A stretch of DNA of 63,976 bases, filler included, from Vicugna vicugna (lineage: Eukaryota): assembly GCA_013265495.1 (NCBI GenBank). It is 78 parts of 77 records of this genome, joined end to end, with 100 filler letters (N's around TTAATTAATTAA, not from the genome) between each part and the next. Parts side by side here need not be neighbours in the genome. Positions count along the whole stretch, not along the records: positions 1 to 686 come from MU062949.1; positions 787 to 1,575 come from MU062950.1; positions 1,676 to 3,160 come from MU062953.1; positions 3,261 to 3,885 come from MU062955.1; positions 3,986 to 4,204 come from MU062955.1; positions 4,305 to 4,836 come from MU062956.1; positions 4,937 to 5,715 come from PNXW01026861.1; positions 5,816 to 6,310 come from PNXW01026862.1; 70 more parts are not named here. The stretch is one strand, 5' to 3'. The notes under the pieces were generated by a model, which saw only the letters and a list, made by a program, of their open reading frames with translations, ran no database searches and was not told where the DNA came from. This document shows, piece by piece, positions 1-12,944 of the stretch; position 1 is the stretch's first letter; each line of letters opens with the position of its first letter. Made by a program: the position numbers and the translations under genes.

Positions 1-458
1 TGGCCAATAATTTTGTTATAATCATTTTATTTTGATCTAAAGATATGTATAGTTGGATATCTATCCCCTTACTGACACACAGATACGACTTTGAATCTTT
101 ACTGACCTGTAACAAGGAATGTTAAAGTCATTTTAGTAGCTCATTTTCACTTTAGCTATGGCTTTGCACACCGTAGCTAGGACTTACCTTTATTTTGCAA
201 TACTCTTTAGCACACGTCACACTGACTTTCTATTATTTGAGGTTCATGTTATGACAGTGGTACCTGGTAGAAAGATACATCTGCTTGATAGCTGATTTTA
301 CTCTTTTAAAATATTTAGAGGGCATTCTCACGGGAATGCAGAAACTTGCATGTGTAATTTTATTACAAGTTATTAGAAAGGCTGGAATGAAATGAATATG
401 TTTATGGAGTTAGTAAATTCATCCAGGCATTTTCACTGCCTTGCTTTAATTATTGAAG

Positions 459-667
459 CTACATCAACAGGTTGAGTAGGATTTTCGACATGAGATTTCT
501 GTATTTGTCTGAAATCTTGGTATTTGGTATAGTACTCCACATTGTGTTAAAATTAGATGCTTTAATTATCTACATCAACAGGTTGAGTAGGATTTTCGAC
601 ATGAGATTTCTGTATTTGTCTGAAATCTTGGTATTTGGTATAGTACTCCACATTGTGTTAAAATTAG
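459..667. repeat. Near-tandem exact duplication of 98 bp (459-556 = 570-667)
   Basis: CTACATCAACAGG...AAAATTAG occurs twice, identically, at a 111-bp offset. Probably an assembly artefact. Confidence 0.85.
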
Positions 668-686
668 TATTAAATATATTATATAA

Positions 687-786
687 NNNNNNNNNNNNNN
701 NNNNNNNNNNNNNNNNNNNNNNNNNNNNNNTTAATTAATTAANNNNNNNNNNNNNNNNNNNNNNNNNNNNNNNNNNNNNNNNNNNN
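687..786. other. Artificial contig-joining linker N44-TTAATTAATTAA-N44 (first of ~77 copies; the last has its 12-mer at 63690-63701)
   Basis: An invariant palindromic 12-mer (731-742) is flanked by exactly 44 N on each side, 100 nt in total. It recurs between unrelated sequences throughout, puts a TAA stop in all six frames, and contains a PacI site. Confidence 0.98.
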
Positions 787-1575
787 TCCGTATCCTATAT
801 TCTAAATTCTGTGTTCTGCATTGTTTATTCTTAATTCTATATTCAGTATTCTCTATTCTATTTTCTATATTCTGTGTTCTGCATTCCATGTTCTAAATTC
901 TGCTTTCTATATTCTCTATTCTATATTCTGTGTTCTACATTCTATATTCTAAATTCTATATTCAGTATTCTTTATTATATATTCTAAATTCTGTGTTCTA
1001 CATTCAATATTCTAAATACTTTATTCAGTATTCTGTATTCTATATTCTAAATTCTGTGTTCTGCATTCCAAGTTATAAATTTTGGGTTCCATATACTGTA
1101 TTCTATATTCTATATTCTGTGTTCTACATTCTATATTCTGTATCCTATATTCTAAATTCTGTGTTCTACATTGTATATTCATATTCTATATTCAGTATTC
1201 GGTGTTCTATATTTTAAATTCTGTGTAATGCATTCCATGTTCTAAGTTTTGTGTTCTATATTCTGTATTCTATATTCTACATTNNNNNNNNNNNNNNNNN
1301 NNNNNNNNNNNNNNNNNNNNNNNNNNNNNNNNNNNNNNNNNNNNNNNNNNNNNNNNNNNNNNNNNNNNNNNNNNNNNNNNNNNNNAGTAATCTGTATTCT
1401 ATATTCTAAATTCTTTGTTCTGCATTCCATGTTCTAAATTCCGTGTTCTATATTCTACTTTCCATATTCTAAATTCTGTGTTGTAAATTGTTTATTTTGT
1501 ATAGAATATTCTGCATTCCGTATTCTACAATACATATTCTGTGTTCTAAATTCTATATTCTAAATTCTATATTCA
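787..1575 (+). repeat. Heptamer-based AT-rich satellite H (CTATATT/CTAAATT/CTGTGTT/CTGCATT/CAGTATT units)
   Basis: 7-bp periodicity throughout; internal gap at 1284-1385. Confidence 0.93.
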
Positions 1576-1675
1576 NNNNNNNNNNNNNNNNNNNNNNNNN
1601 NNNNNNNNNNNNNNNNNNNTTAATTAATTAANNNNNNNNNNNNNNNNNNNNNNNNNNNNNNNNNNNNNNNNNNNN

Positions 1676-3160
1676 CCTTACTCTGGTTTCTCAAACTATT
1701 TCCTAGTGCCGGTTTGAAGTCCCTGCGGTTTGCAGAGTAAAACCGAGTTGGAGCTTGTACATCCCCATATATATGTATGGAGAGGACTTTGCAATTGACA
1801 AGAAACTTTGTGTTCCCTAGAAGCTAGTTGAAGAATGGCTTTCACACACACTTATCTCTCAGAACTGAGCATGTGGAGAGACGTTCGTTTATCCAGCACA
1901 AAGGGAACTGGTTGCAGGAGAAACACTTACNNNNNNNNNNNNNNNNNNNNNNNNNNNNNNNNNNNNNNNNNNNNNNNNNNNNNNNNNNNNNNNNNNNNNN
2001 NNNNNNNNNNNNNNNNNNNNNNNNNNNNNNNNNNNNNNNNNNNNNNNNNNNNNNNNNNNNNNNNNNNNNNNNNNNNNNNNNNNNNNNNNNNNNNNNNNNN
2101 NNNNNNNNNNNNNNNNNNNNNNNNNNNNNNNNNNNNNNNNNNNNNNNNNNNNNNNNNNNNNNNNNNNNNNNNNNNNNNNNNNNNNNNNNNNNNNNNNNNN
2201 NNNNNNNNNNNNNNNNNNNNNNNNNNNNNNNNNNNNNNNNNNNNNNNNNNNNNNNNNNNNNNNNNNNNNNNNNNNNNNNNNNNNNNNNNNNNNNNNNNNN
2301 NNNNNNNNNNNNNNNNNNNNNNNNNNNNNNNNNNNNNNNNNNNNNNNNNNNNNNNNNNNNNNNNNNNNNNNNNNNNNNNNNNNNNNNNNNNNNNNNNNNN
2401 NNNNNNNNNNNNNNNNNNNNNNNNNNNNNNNNNNNNNNNNNNNNNNNNNNNNNNNNNNNNNNNNNNNNNNNNNNNNNNNNNNNNNNNNNNNNNNNNNNNN
2501 NNNNNNNNNNNNNNNNNNNNNNNNNNNNNNNNNNNNNNNNNNNNNNNNNNNNNNNNNNNNNNNNNNNNNNNNNNNNNNNNNNNNNNNNNNNNNNNNNNNN
2601 NNNNNNNNNNNNNNNNNNNNNNNNNNNNNNNNNNNNNNNNNNNNNNNNNNNNNNNNNNNNNNNNNNNNNNNNNNNNNNNNNNNNNNNNNNNNNNNNNNNN
2701 NNNNNNNNNNNNNNNNNNNNNNNNNNNNNNNNNNNNNNNNNNNNNNNNNNNNNNNNNNNNNNNNNNNNNNNNNNNNNNNNNNNNNNNNNNNNNNNNNNNN
2801 NNNNNNNNNNNNNNNNNNACGTTCGTTCATCAAGCACGAAGGGAACGGATTGTAGGAGAAACACTTACTCTGGTTTCTCAGTCTGTTTCCTAGTGCCGGT
2901 TTGAAGTTCCTGCAGTTTGCACTGTAAAACCGATTTGGAGCTTGTACCTCCCCATATATATGTATGGAGTGGACTTTGCTAGTGATAAGAAACTTTGTGT
3001 TCCCTACAAGCTAGTTGAAGAACGGCTTTCACACACACTTATCTCTCAGAACTGAGCATGTGGAGAGACGTTCTTTCATCCAGCACAAAGGGAACGGTTT
3101 GCAAGAGAATTACTAATTCTGGTTTCTCAGTCTGTTTTCTAGTGCCGGTTTGAAGTTCCT
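1676..3160 (+). repeat. Satellite B, 249-bp monomer
   Basis: TCTGGTTTCTCA at 2869 and 3118 (offset 249); the same motif at 1682; large internal gap. Confidence 0.9.
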
Positions 3161-3260
3161 NNNNNNNNNNNNNNNNNNNNNNNNNNNNNNNNNNNNNNNN
3201 NNNNTTAATTAATTAANNNNNNNNNNNNNNNNNNNNNNNNNNNNNNNNNNNNNNNNNNNN

Positions 3261-3885
3261 ATGCTACATATATGACGGATTCGATAAACATACATTCCTG
3301 AGTTGTGGTCATCTGTATTAAAAATCTTTCATCCTCTATTAAAGGAATATCTTCATCTAGACACGTGTACACATTTTAACAAGCTTTCCCTAACACCAGG
3401 ACCCAATTTGTGCATTTTTCACAGAAAAATTGTTCTGGAGCGATTACCACCTAACAGATATGTAATTTACATGTATTTCTACAACATGGCATTCCGGGTT
3501 CCNNNNNNNNNNNNNNNNNNNNNNNNNNNNNNNNNNNNNNNNNNNNNNNNNNNNNNNNNNNNNNNNNNNNNNNNNNNNNNNNNNNNNNNNNNNNNNNNNN
3601 NNNNNNNNNNNNNNNNNNNNNNNNNNNNNNNNNNNNNNNNNNNNNNNNNNNNNNNNNNNNNNNNNNNNNNNNNNNNNNNNNNNNNNNNNNNNNNNNNNNN
3701 NNNNNNNNNNNNNNNNNNNNNNNNNNNNNNNNNNNNNNNNNNNNNNNNNNNNNNNNNNNTGACTTGGTTTTCTTATCACCCATGTCAAGAATCACACTTT
3801 GATCCCAGAAAAACCCTCTTGGAGCGAATTCTACCCTAGAGATATGTAATTTGAATAGATTCCATCTACATGATATTCCATTCCG
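3261..3885 (+). repeat. Satellite C (CATG-rich, ~247-bp subunits)
   Basis: Shares ATGCTACAT..ATGACGGATTCG, ACACGTGTACACATTTT and TGGAGCGA motifs with 57064-58008. Confidence 0.88.
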
Positions 3886-3985
3886 NNNNNNNNNNNNNNN
3901 NNNNNNNNNNNNNNNNNNNNNNNNNNNNNTTAATTAATTAANNNNNNNNNNNNNNNNNNNNNNNNNNNNNNNNNNNNNNNNNNNN

Positions 3986-4204
3986 ACATGATTCACATGG
4001 ATTCATCAAACATGCATTTTTGAGTTGTGAAGATGCGCATGACTGAGGTTACAACCACCAAACAAGTTACCAATGCACTTTGAAATATTTACTTTGACTT
4101 GGTGGGGTGTGGATTCATCAAACATGCATTTTTGAGTTGTGAAGATGCGCATGACTGAGGTTACAACCACCAAACAAGTTACCAATGCACTTTGAAATAT
4201 TTAC
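3986..4204 (+). repeat. Satellite C fragment with an exact 95-bp internal duplication
   Basis: Contains ACCACCAAACAAGTTACC..TGCACTTTGAAATATTTAC; 3998-4092 is identical to 4110-4204. Confidence 0.85.
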
Positions 4205-5815
4205 NNNNNNNNNNNNNNNNNNNNNNNNNNNNNNNNNNNNNNNNNNNNTTAATTAATTAANNNNNNNNNNNNNNNNNNNNNNNNNNNNNNNNNNNNNNNN
4301 NNNNCGGGAACACAACAGTGCACTGCATGTGTCTGCCGGCTTCACGGGCGGCTCAGTGACAATTTCATTTTCTTGGGTTGCAGTTTAGGACGGATTTCCA
4401 TGAGAAATATTGCTCAGCCTTTTCCTGAATGAAGGATTGAATTTTCCACAGGAAATATTATGAAAGAGAGTGACAAGGCACAAGGGATTCCCATAAAGGA
4501 ATAGTTGATGTAATAAACTCTCACTATGGTGAATATTTTTAATAAAAGCCAGTTGAAAATTTTATCACTAGGTCAAATGGCANNNNNNNNNNNNNNNNNN
4601 NNNNNAAAAAAGATTCAAATTTTAGAGAAGAAGTGGTTTGAATCAAGTAGAAATTATGATTTCTACACTATTTGTTGTAAGGACTTATAATCAGTCTTAT
4701 CATAATTGCTGGTGGTAGGAAGTGGATCATTATTTATTTATTAAAAAAAAAACCACAGGTACTATTTGCCCCATTCTTGATGCGGCAGTTATGTGGTTAG
4801 TTAAGTTGGGACATTTAGGAAATTTAGCTAGGTTTTNNNNNNNNNNNNNNNNNNNNNNNNNNNNNNNNNNNNNNNNNNNNTTAATTAATTAANNNNNNNN
4901 NNNNNNNNNNNNNNNNNNNNNNNNNNNNNNNNNNNNCCCCTGGTATTTCTAGTTCTATCTACAGAGGCACATCCCTGTGGAAAAAAAAAAAACAAAAAAA
5001 CCTTTTCTTTTCCTTTACAATACTAGTCACCCACAAGCATCAAAAACAAGAATATGTTTTTTATATCTGTTGCTACCTCTGATGACATAGGAAGTATTTT
5101 CAATGAACAAATACTCAAGCAAAAATTAAATTATTTCAATGAACAAATACTCAAGCAAAAATTTATATTTTATTTCACATATTTTACTTGCTTTTTCCCC
5201 CAGTTCCCTTTCCATTCTTCTTCCCTTCCCTTTTATTTTTTAAATTTCTCTTTTAGTTTGCCTCCTTCCTTCCTTCCTACCCATTGTGGCTCTGTTTTGA
5301 TTTTCGCTTTCTACCATTTTTTTCCATTTATTTTCTCACAGAAACAAACATCGGAAGGCCTCATTTTTGTTCATGAGTTATGGTGGCTCTCAGTGAAATG
5401 GCATTTGTGTTCCAGTTTTCTTCATTTACTATTAAAGTTTGTCATGGTCCTGCTTCAAGTGACCTTGGGGCTTCTAGTAACTATATTTGTTGCTAGTTTC
5501 CTTTCAACGGCAGCAGTGATTTTTGTTTTTTCACCCAAAAATAAACAAAAGAAAAAATTATGTACATAGACATTAACAGATTCAAGAAACAAAATCTTTT
5601 TCTATATTGTGTTTGTTTTTTGGACGGTTCAGGGTAAATTATTCAAGGTTGCTTTCTTTCGATCAAACTTTTTTTTTTAATGTAGTCAAGCTTTTCAGTA
5701 ATTTTTTTCTATAAANNNNNNNNNNNNNNNNNNNNNNNNNNNNNNNNNNNNNNNNNNNNTTAATTAATTAANNNNNNNNNNNNNNNNNNNNNNNNNNNNN
5801 NNNNNNNNNNNNNNN

Positions 5816-6310
5816 GAATCCTAGCACAGAAAAATCAGATGGACTAGTGGTGAGTATGTTGCAGGGAAACGGCAGCAATTCCTCCACTTGTAAGGGGACA
5901 CACACTCACTTGACGTAGGTGATTGTAAACCACATTCTGGGGAAATTCAGAAGATTCAGTCACCGCTTCAAGATGGTGATGACACGGTAGGACCGCTTGG
6001 ATGCATGCTTCTAACTGACTCACCGGCATTCTTGCACTGCAGGGGGAAAAGGAGGCCCCCATTCAAGAGCAAAGATATTCCTGTCATGTCTCCCAGGCCG
6101 TGCCTTGGGGACTCAGTTTCCTGTAGCAGCCTGGCACCAGGCGAGGACCCGCAGCCTGGCCCACCCAAGCAGGAACGCTTGAGATAGCCCACCCCAGATG
6201 GGAGCAAGAGTGGCTGGTGTGGTTGTGTGAACCTATAAATACCCATTGAAATACACCTGCATACTTTCAAGTGATACAATTAACAGTAGCAGGCTATTAA
6301 ACAAAATTTC
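5816..6310 (+). repeat. Unclassified multi-copy sequence D (paralog of 29038-29523)
   Basis: Colinear shared blocks, e.g. GCATGCTTCTAACT..TCACCGGCATTCTT.CACTGCAGGGGAAA and GAGGACCCGCAGC.TGGCCCACCCAAGCAGGA. Confidence 0.8.
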
Positions 6311-7209
6311 NNNNNNNNNNNNNNNNNNNNNNNNNNNNNNNNNNNNNNNNNNNNTTAATTAATTAANNNNNNNNNNNNNNNNNNNNNNNNNNNNNNNNNN
6401 NNNNNNNNNNAATGGTGTCATCCAGCAGGGACCTTAAGTGAGGCACCCAAGCTCCAGGGTTGGTTTCTTCCATCAGCCCTTAAACTTCCTTGGGAGCCAG
6501 GACTGTCTCATTGCCCCAAGGATCCCTAATGCCTAGTGAGATGCCTGATACAGCNNNNNNNNNNNNNNNNNNNNNNNNNNNNNNNNNNNNNNNNNNNNNN
6601 NNNNNNNNNNNNNNNNNNNNNNNNNNNNNNNNNNNNNNNNNNNNNNNNNNNNNNNNNNNNNNNNNNNNNNNNNNNNNNNNNNNNNNNNNNNNNNNNNNNN
6701 NNNNNNNNNNNNNNNNNNNNNNNNNNNNNNNNNNNNNNNNNNNNNNNNNNNNNNNNNNNNNNNNNNNNNNNNNNNNNNNNNNNNNNNNNNNNNNNNNNNN
6801 NNNNNNNNNNNNNNNNNNNNNNNNNNNNNNNNNNNNNNNNNNNNNNNNNNNNNNNNNNNNNNNNNNNNNNNNNNNNNNNNNNNNNNNNNNNNNNNNNNNN
6901 NNNNNNNNNNNNNNNNNNNNNNNNNNNNNNNNNNNNNNNNNNNNNNNNNNNNNNNNNNNNNNNNNNNNNNNNNNNNNNNNNNNNNNNNNNNNNNNNNNNN
7001 NNNNNNNNNNNNNNNNNNNNNNAAACAAGAGAGAAAAGATAAAGGGGCTGAAATCAATGTCTGAAAAACCTAGCTAAGAATCCTAAATGGCCGAACTTCA
7101 CTAACCTCANNNNNNNNNNNNNNNNNNNNNNNNNNNNNNNNNNNNNNNNNNNNTTAATTAATTAANNNNNNNNNNNNNNNNNNNNNNNNNNNNNNNNNNN
7201 NNNNNNNNN

Positions 7210-7982
7210 AGGGAACACCTGTGACTGAAGAGAGATTCGTGGATTTGTCTCTCGTGTTCCCCACTCACTGACAATGGTTCCGGAATACTGAGCGTGGGGT
7301 GGTTCCACCAACGGTCGGCAGCGCGTGGGTTCTAACGGAATGCCTAAGCTCGTCTCCCCTGAGGGTTTTCCTAATGTCTCTGTGCCAGGGAATGCTAGGG
7401 GGATTTGCAGGATATCCCAGTNNNNNNNNNNNNNNNNNNNNNNNNNNNNNNNNNNNNNNNNNNNNNNNNNNNNNNNNNNNNNNNNNNNNNNNNNNNNNNN
7501 NNNNNNNNNNNNNNNNNNNNNNNNNNNNNNNNNNNNNNNNNNNNNNNNNNNNNNNNNNNNNNNNNNNNNNNNNNNNNNNNNNNNNNNNNNNNNNNNNNNN
7601 NNNNNNNNNNNNNNNNNNNNNNNNNNNNNNNNNNNNNNNNNNNNNNNNNNNNNNNNNNNNNNNNNNNNNNNNNNNNNNNNNNNNNNNNNNNNNNNNNNNN
7701 NNNNNNNNNNNNNNNNNNNNNNNNNNNNNNNNNNNNNNNNNNNNNNNNNNNNNNNNNNNNNNNNNNNNNNNNNNNNNNNNNNNNNNNNNNNNNNNNNNNN
7801 NNNNNNNNNNNNNNNNNNNNNNNNNNNNNNNNNNNNNNNNNNNNNNNNNNNNNNNNNNGTCGGAAACACATGGAATCTAACTGAATGCCTAAGCTCGACT
7901 CCCCTGAGTGTTTTCCTAATTTCTATGTGCCAGGGTATCTTAGGGGTGTTTGCAGGATATCCCAGTGACAGAGGCTGCCTCC
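7210..7982 (-). repeat. Satellite A1, 267-bp monomer ('+' defined as ...GACGAGCTTAGGCATTCCGTTAGAACCC...)
   Basis: Contains GGTTCCACCAACGGTCGGCAGCGCGTGGGTTCTAACGGAATGCCTAAGCTCGTCTCCCCTGAG. Confidence 0.93.
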
Positions 7983-8082
7983 NNNNNNNNNNNNNNNNNN
8001 NNNNNNNNNNNNNNNNNNNNNNNNNNTTAATTAATTAANNNNNNNNNNNNNNNNNNNNNNNNNNNNNNNNNNNNNNNNNNNN

Positions 8083-8639
8083 GAGTTCCCCCCGATGGAT
8101 TGAGGAAGTATTAAGAGGACTTCTCCCCCCGATGGATTGAGGAAGTATTAAGAGGACTTCTCCCTAACACCTTTTCCCCCATTCATCTGCGTGGATAGGG
8201 GCTCCACAACTCCTCCACACAGAATTGTTTTTTCCAGAATCCTGAGTGTACGGAAGACCCTGCAACTTACAGCAGCGCCTGGGCTGTAATAGAATTCTTT
8301 AGCTTGTCTTTCCTGATTGTTTGCCTTGGCCGAAGTTTGGGGGAAAGTGTGGAATGGGCTCTAAAACCAAGAAAAAACGAGTGCCTCTCCATGGGAATTG
8401 GAGGTGTATATCCTACAACTCCCAACCTGGGAATACCTGTGCCCTCCGAAAATGTGTGGACTCTGTTTCCCCACCTCCAGCAAACAACCGAAGAATTCTT
8501 CTTGTATCCTGAATGTGGGTAGGCTCCTCCAACTCACAGCAGCACCTGGGATCTAATAGAATCCCTTAGGTTGTATTCCCTGAGTAAATTTACATAGGCC
8601 AGGCTGTGAAGAAAAGGTGGGGGTTGGGCTTGATGGCCA
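8083..8639 (-). repeat. Satellite A2 (diverged ~267-bp relative of A1)
   Basis: Recurring ACAGCAGC.CCTGGG...TAATAGAAT.C.TTAG core, colinear with the A1 core. Confidence 0.85.
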
Positions 8640-8739
8640 NNNNNNNNNNNNNNNNNNNNNNNNNNNNNNNNNNNNNNNNNNNNTTAATTAATTAANNNNN
8701 NNNNNNNNNNNNNNNNNNNNNNNNNNNNNNNNNNNNNNN

Positions 8740-9366
8740 CTCGCTGCCGAACCGTGCCGGTGCCATCCAGAATGTCGCATCCGCTTTTGAGAGATTAACT
8801 GAAGGAAATCCTTCCTCTTCACACGCTGTGGTCTTGGACCACACTTCCTTGTCCTCTTATTCTTGTGGCACGTTTGCACGAAGGCAACCACAGAGCTCTT
8901 GCGCATCCTGTGCCTCAAACCAAACCATAATCACAGCCCAGGTTATGAATGTAGCAGATCCTAAGGCTTTTCATTCTGAATTCAAACCCAAGGCCCCCTG
9001 GATCCCTCAGACCCGATGCACAATATCTCTGATTCAGCCCCACACATGCTCTATTGGCAAAATGCCAAATTGGTCTCTGGTCCTGCAGATGCACTGGGTG
9101 TGGCCATGGGACATATCGATAATTTCAACTGCGCGCGCCAGGGTGGTTGCCTGCTCATTCTGGCCACAGGTCAGTTTGCTCTCTTGATAGGACCCACCAA
9201 ATCCCACAACGCACTCCAGATCCCTGAGACTCAGCGTGTGCCACCATCCGTAGCCCTATCCCTCCCTGTACGCTACCTCTGCTACCTCAAATTTGGCAGC
9301 TCGTATCTTGGTCTCAGAATAAACTGGGGGGATATTTTGCACTGGATTCTTTGAGTTCTGTCAGCC
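8740..9366 (+). repeat. Unclassified multi-copy sequence E (paralog of 22807-23301, inverted)
   Basis: GAAGGCAACCACAGAGCT...TGTGCCTCAAACCAAA and CAACGCACTCCAGATCCCTGAGACTCAGCGTGTGCCA match the reverse complement of 22807-23301. Confidence 0.85.
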
Positions 9367-9466
9367 NNNNNNNNNNNNNNNNNNNNNNNNNNNNNNNNNN
9401 NNNNNNNNNNTTAATTAATTAANNNNNNNNNNNNNNNNNNNNNNNNNNNNNNNNNNNNNNNNNNNN

Positions 9467-10324
9467 TCTGTTTCCCTCCTGCAGCACACACACGACATTG
9501 GGTTCAGATGTGTTGAGTGTGCGGAGGTTCCTCCAAATAACAGCAGCCCCCGGGTTGTAATACAATACCTTAACTGGTCTTAAAAGATGGCTTGCCATGG
9601 CCGGTGTGCGGGGGAAAGTTGGGATTGGGCTCTAAACCAAGTATTAGCGAGAGCCTATCCATGGGATGTGGGTGTTTAACCTACAAACCACCACCATGAA
9701 TTATCTGTGCCCCCTGAAAGATGCTTTGACTCTGTTTCCCTATATCGAGCACACACACGAAAAAGTGTTCTGGTGTTCTTAGGGTGGGGAGGTTCCTCCA
9801 ACTGACAGCAACAACTGGGTTCGAGTAGAATCCCTTAGCTTGACTTCCCTAAGTGTTTTCCTAGGCCTAGCAGTGAGCGATGGTGGGGGATGGGCTCTAA
9901 AGCCAAGTATTAGAGAGTGCATCTCTGTGGGCAGTGGAGGGATTGAAACTANNNNNNNNNNNNNNNNNNNNNNNNNNNNNNNNNNNNNNNNNNNNNNNNN
10001 NNNNNNNNNNNNNNNNNNNNNNNNNNNNNNNNNNNNNNNNNNNNNNNNNNNNNNNNNNNNNNNNNNNNATAGAATCCCTTAGATTGTTTTCCTTGAGTGT
10101 TTCCCTAGGCCGGGCTTAGAGGGAAAGCTTGGAGTTGGGCTTGGAGGCCAAGTATCTACAACTGCTCCCCGATGGAATGTGTAAGTATTTAGAGGACTTC
10201 TCCCTAACGGGGAACCAGTGTGACCCCATTCATCTACTTGGATTTTGGCTCCACATCTCCCCGCCAAAAAATGTGTTCTGGTATCCTGAGTGTTGGGAAG
10301 ATCCTCCAAATGTCAGCATCGCTA
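9467..10324 (-). repeat. Satellite A2
   Basis: GGAGGTTCCTCCAACTGACAGCA...TAGAATCCCTTAGCTTGACTTCCCT core repeated. Confidence 0.85.
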
Positions 10325-10424
10325 NNNNNNNNNNNNNNNNNNNNNNNNNNNNNNNNNNNNNNNNNNNNTTAATTAATTAANNNNNNNNNNNNNNNNNNNN
10401 NNNNNNNNNNNNNNNNNNNNNNNN

Positions 10425-11511
10425 TCCACCAACGGTCGGCAGCGCATAGGTTCCAACGGAATGCCTGAGTTGGTCTCCCCTGAGTGCTTTTCTAATGTCT
10501 CTCTGCCAGGAAATGCTAGGGGGTTTTGCAGGAAATCCTAGTGTCAGAGTCTGCCTCCCCAAGGTCAGGGAAGTTATTTCTCGGACTTCCCCGGACAGGG
10601 AACACCTGTGAATGAAGAGAGCTGCGTGGAGCTGTCTCTCGAACTCCCCCACGCACTGACAATGGTTCCGGAACCCTGAGCGTGGGGAGGTTCCACCAAC
10701 GGTCGGCAGCGCGTGGGTTCCAACGGAATACCTGAGCTGGTCTCCCCTGAGGGTTTTCCTAATGTCTCTATGCCAGGGATTGCTAGGGGTGTTTGCAGGA
10801 AGTCCCAGTGAAAGAGGCTGCCTCCCCAATGTCTGGGAAGGTATTTCTCGGACTTCCCCGGACAGGGAACACCTGTGAATGAAGAGAGCTGCGTGGAGCT
10901 GTCTCTCGAACTCCCCCACGCACTGACAATGGTTCCGGAATCCTNNNNNNNNNNNNNNNNNNNNNNNNNNNNNNNNNNNNNNNNNNNNNNNNNNNNNNNN
11001 NNNNNNNNNNNNNNNNNNNNNNNNNNNNNNNNNNNNNNNNNNNNNNNNNNNNNNNNNNNNNNNNNNNNNNNNNNNNNNNNNNNNNNNNNNNNNNNNNNNN
11101 NNNNNNNNNNNNNNNNNNNNCTTCCCCGGACAGGGAATACCTGTGACTGAAGAGAGCTGCGTGGAGCTGTCTCTCGAGCTCCCCCACGCACTGACAATGT
11201 TTCCTGGACCCTGAGCGTGCGGAGGTTCCACCAACTGTCGGCAGTGCGTGGGTTCCAACGGAATGCCTGAGCTGGTCTCCCCTGAGGGTTTTCTTAATGT
11301 CTCTGTGCCAGGGAATGCTAGGGGGTTTTGCAGGGAATCCCAGTGACAGAGGCTGCCTCCCCAAGGTCAGGAAAGGTATTTCTCGGACTTCCCCGGACAG
11401 GGAACACCTGTGAATTAAGAGAGCTGCTTGGCGCTGTATCTCGAGCTCCCCCACGCACTGACAATGTTTCCTGGACCCTGAGCGTGCGGAGGTTCCACCA
11501 ACTGTCGGCAG
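10425..11511 (-). repeat. Satellite A1, 267-bp monomer
   Basis: TCCACCAACGGTCGGC at 10425 and 10692 (offset 267). Confidence 0.95.
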
Positions 11512-11611
11512 NNNNNNNNNNNNNNNNNNNNNNNNNNNNNNNNNNNNNNNNNNNNTTAATTAATTAANNNNNNNNNNNNNNNNNNNNNNNNNNNNNNNNN
11601 NNNNNNNNNNN

Positions 11612-12524
11612 CTGGCACAGAGACATTGGGAAAAACCTCAGGGGAGACGAGCTTAGTCATTCCGTTAAAACACACGCGCTACCGACCGTTGGTGGAACCT
11701 CCCCACGCTCAGGATTCCGGAACCATTGTCAGTGCGTGGGGGAGCTCGAGAGACAACTCCACGCAGCTCTCTTCATTCACAGGAGTTCCCTGTTCGGGGA
11801 NNNNNNNNNNNNNNNNNNNNNNNNNNNNNNNNNNNNNNNNNNNNNNNNNNNNNNNNNNNNNNNNNNNNNNNNNNNNNNNNNNNNNNNNNNNNNNNNNNNN
11901 NNNNNNNNNNNNNNNNNNNNNNNNNNNNNNNNNNNNNNNNNNNNNNNNNNNNNNNNNNNNNNNNNNNNNNNNNNNNNNNNNNNNNNNNNNNNNNNNNNNN
12001 NNNNNNNNNNNNNNNNNNNNNNNNNNNNNNNNNNNNNNNNNNNNNNNNNNNNNNNNNNNNNNNNNNNNNNNNNNNNNNNNNNNNNNNNNNNNNNNNNNNN
12101 NNNNNNNNNNNNNNNNNNNNNNNNNNNNNNNNNNNNNNNNNNNNNNNNNNNNNNNNNNNNNNNNNNNNNNNNNNNNNNNNNNNNNNNNNNNNNNNNNNNN
12201 NNNNNNNNNNNNNNNNNNNNNNNNNNNNNNNNNNNNNNNTTTTCAGTGCGTGGGGGAGCTCGAGAGAAAACTCCACGCATATCTCTTAAGTCACAGGAGT
12301 TCCTTGTTCGGGGAAGTCCGAGAAATAACTTCCCTGAACTTGGGGAGGCAGCGTATGTCACTGGGATATCCTGCAAACCTCATTATCATTCCCTGGCAAA
12401 GAGACATTAGAAAAACCCTCAGGGTAGACGAGCTTAGGCATTCCATTAGAACCCACGCTCTGCCGACCGTTATTGGAAACTCCCCATGCTAAGGATTCCG
12501 GAATCATTTTCAGTGCGTGGGGAA
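11612..12524 (+). repeat. Satellite A1
   Basis: A1 core motifs; internal gap. Confidence 0.93.
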
Positions 12525-12944
12525 NNNNNNNNNNNNNNNNNNNNNNNNNNNNNNNNNNNNNNNNNNNNTTAATTAATTAANNNNNNNNNNNNNNNNNNNN
12601 NNNNNNNNNNNNNNNNNNNNNNNNACAAAACAAACCAGATTTTGCCAGGAGCTCTTTAGGAGTGCAGTGACACTGGGTCTCCAGCGCCTCGGGTTGTGCT
12701 GTTCCTGTTAACACACAATAGCTGGGCTGGACTAGTTAGGGTCTATAAGTATCTTTTTAAGATCGACGGTCTCACGTTTCACCCTGGGAGAGTGAAGGAT
12801 GGAGGATGAGACAGCCTTATGCTTTCATTACATTTTTAACTGAACCAAGCCCTGCTTTCACCACTGTAATCCCTCTCAGTATAAAAACACGTGACATCAA
12901 CAAGCACCGCCATCATAACACCTGAAAGTGTTCAAGGTACTTAC

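Noticed and set aside
930..1217. Tyr/Ile/Phe/Ser-rich 'membrane protein' ORFs (also 16365-16733, 42191-42574, 56163-56498)
   Set aside because: They are translations of the heptamer satellite.
1828..2904. Long ORFs composed mostly of X (also 6480-7077, 25797-26700, 30508-31884, 43662-45246 and others)
   Set aside because: They are open only because N runs contain no stop codons.
2925..2960. Possible homology of satellite B to the A family (TTGGAG...ACCTCCCCA)
   Set aside because: Only a short motif with different spacing and no extended colinearity, unlike the B-C match.
5054..5569. 171-aa hydrophobic ORF
   Set aside because: T-rich low-complexity sequence containing a local duplication; no domain signature.
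7024..7109. Purine tract AGAGAAAAGATAAAGGGG resembling a retroviral PPT before an LTR
   Set aside because: Too little sequence next to a gap to support an ERV call.
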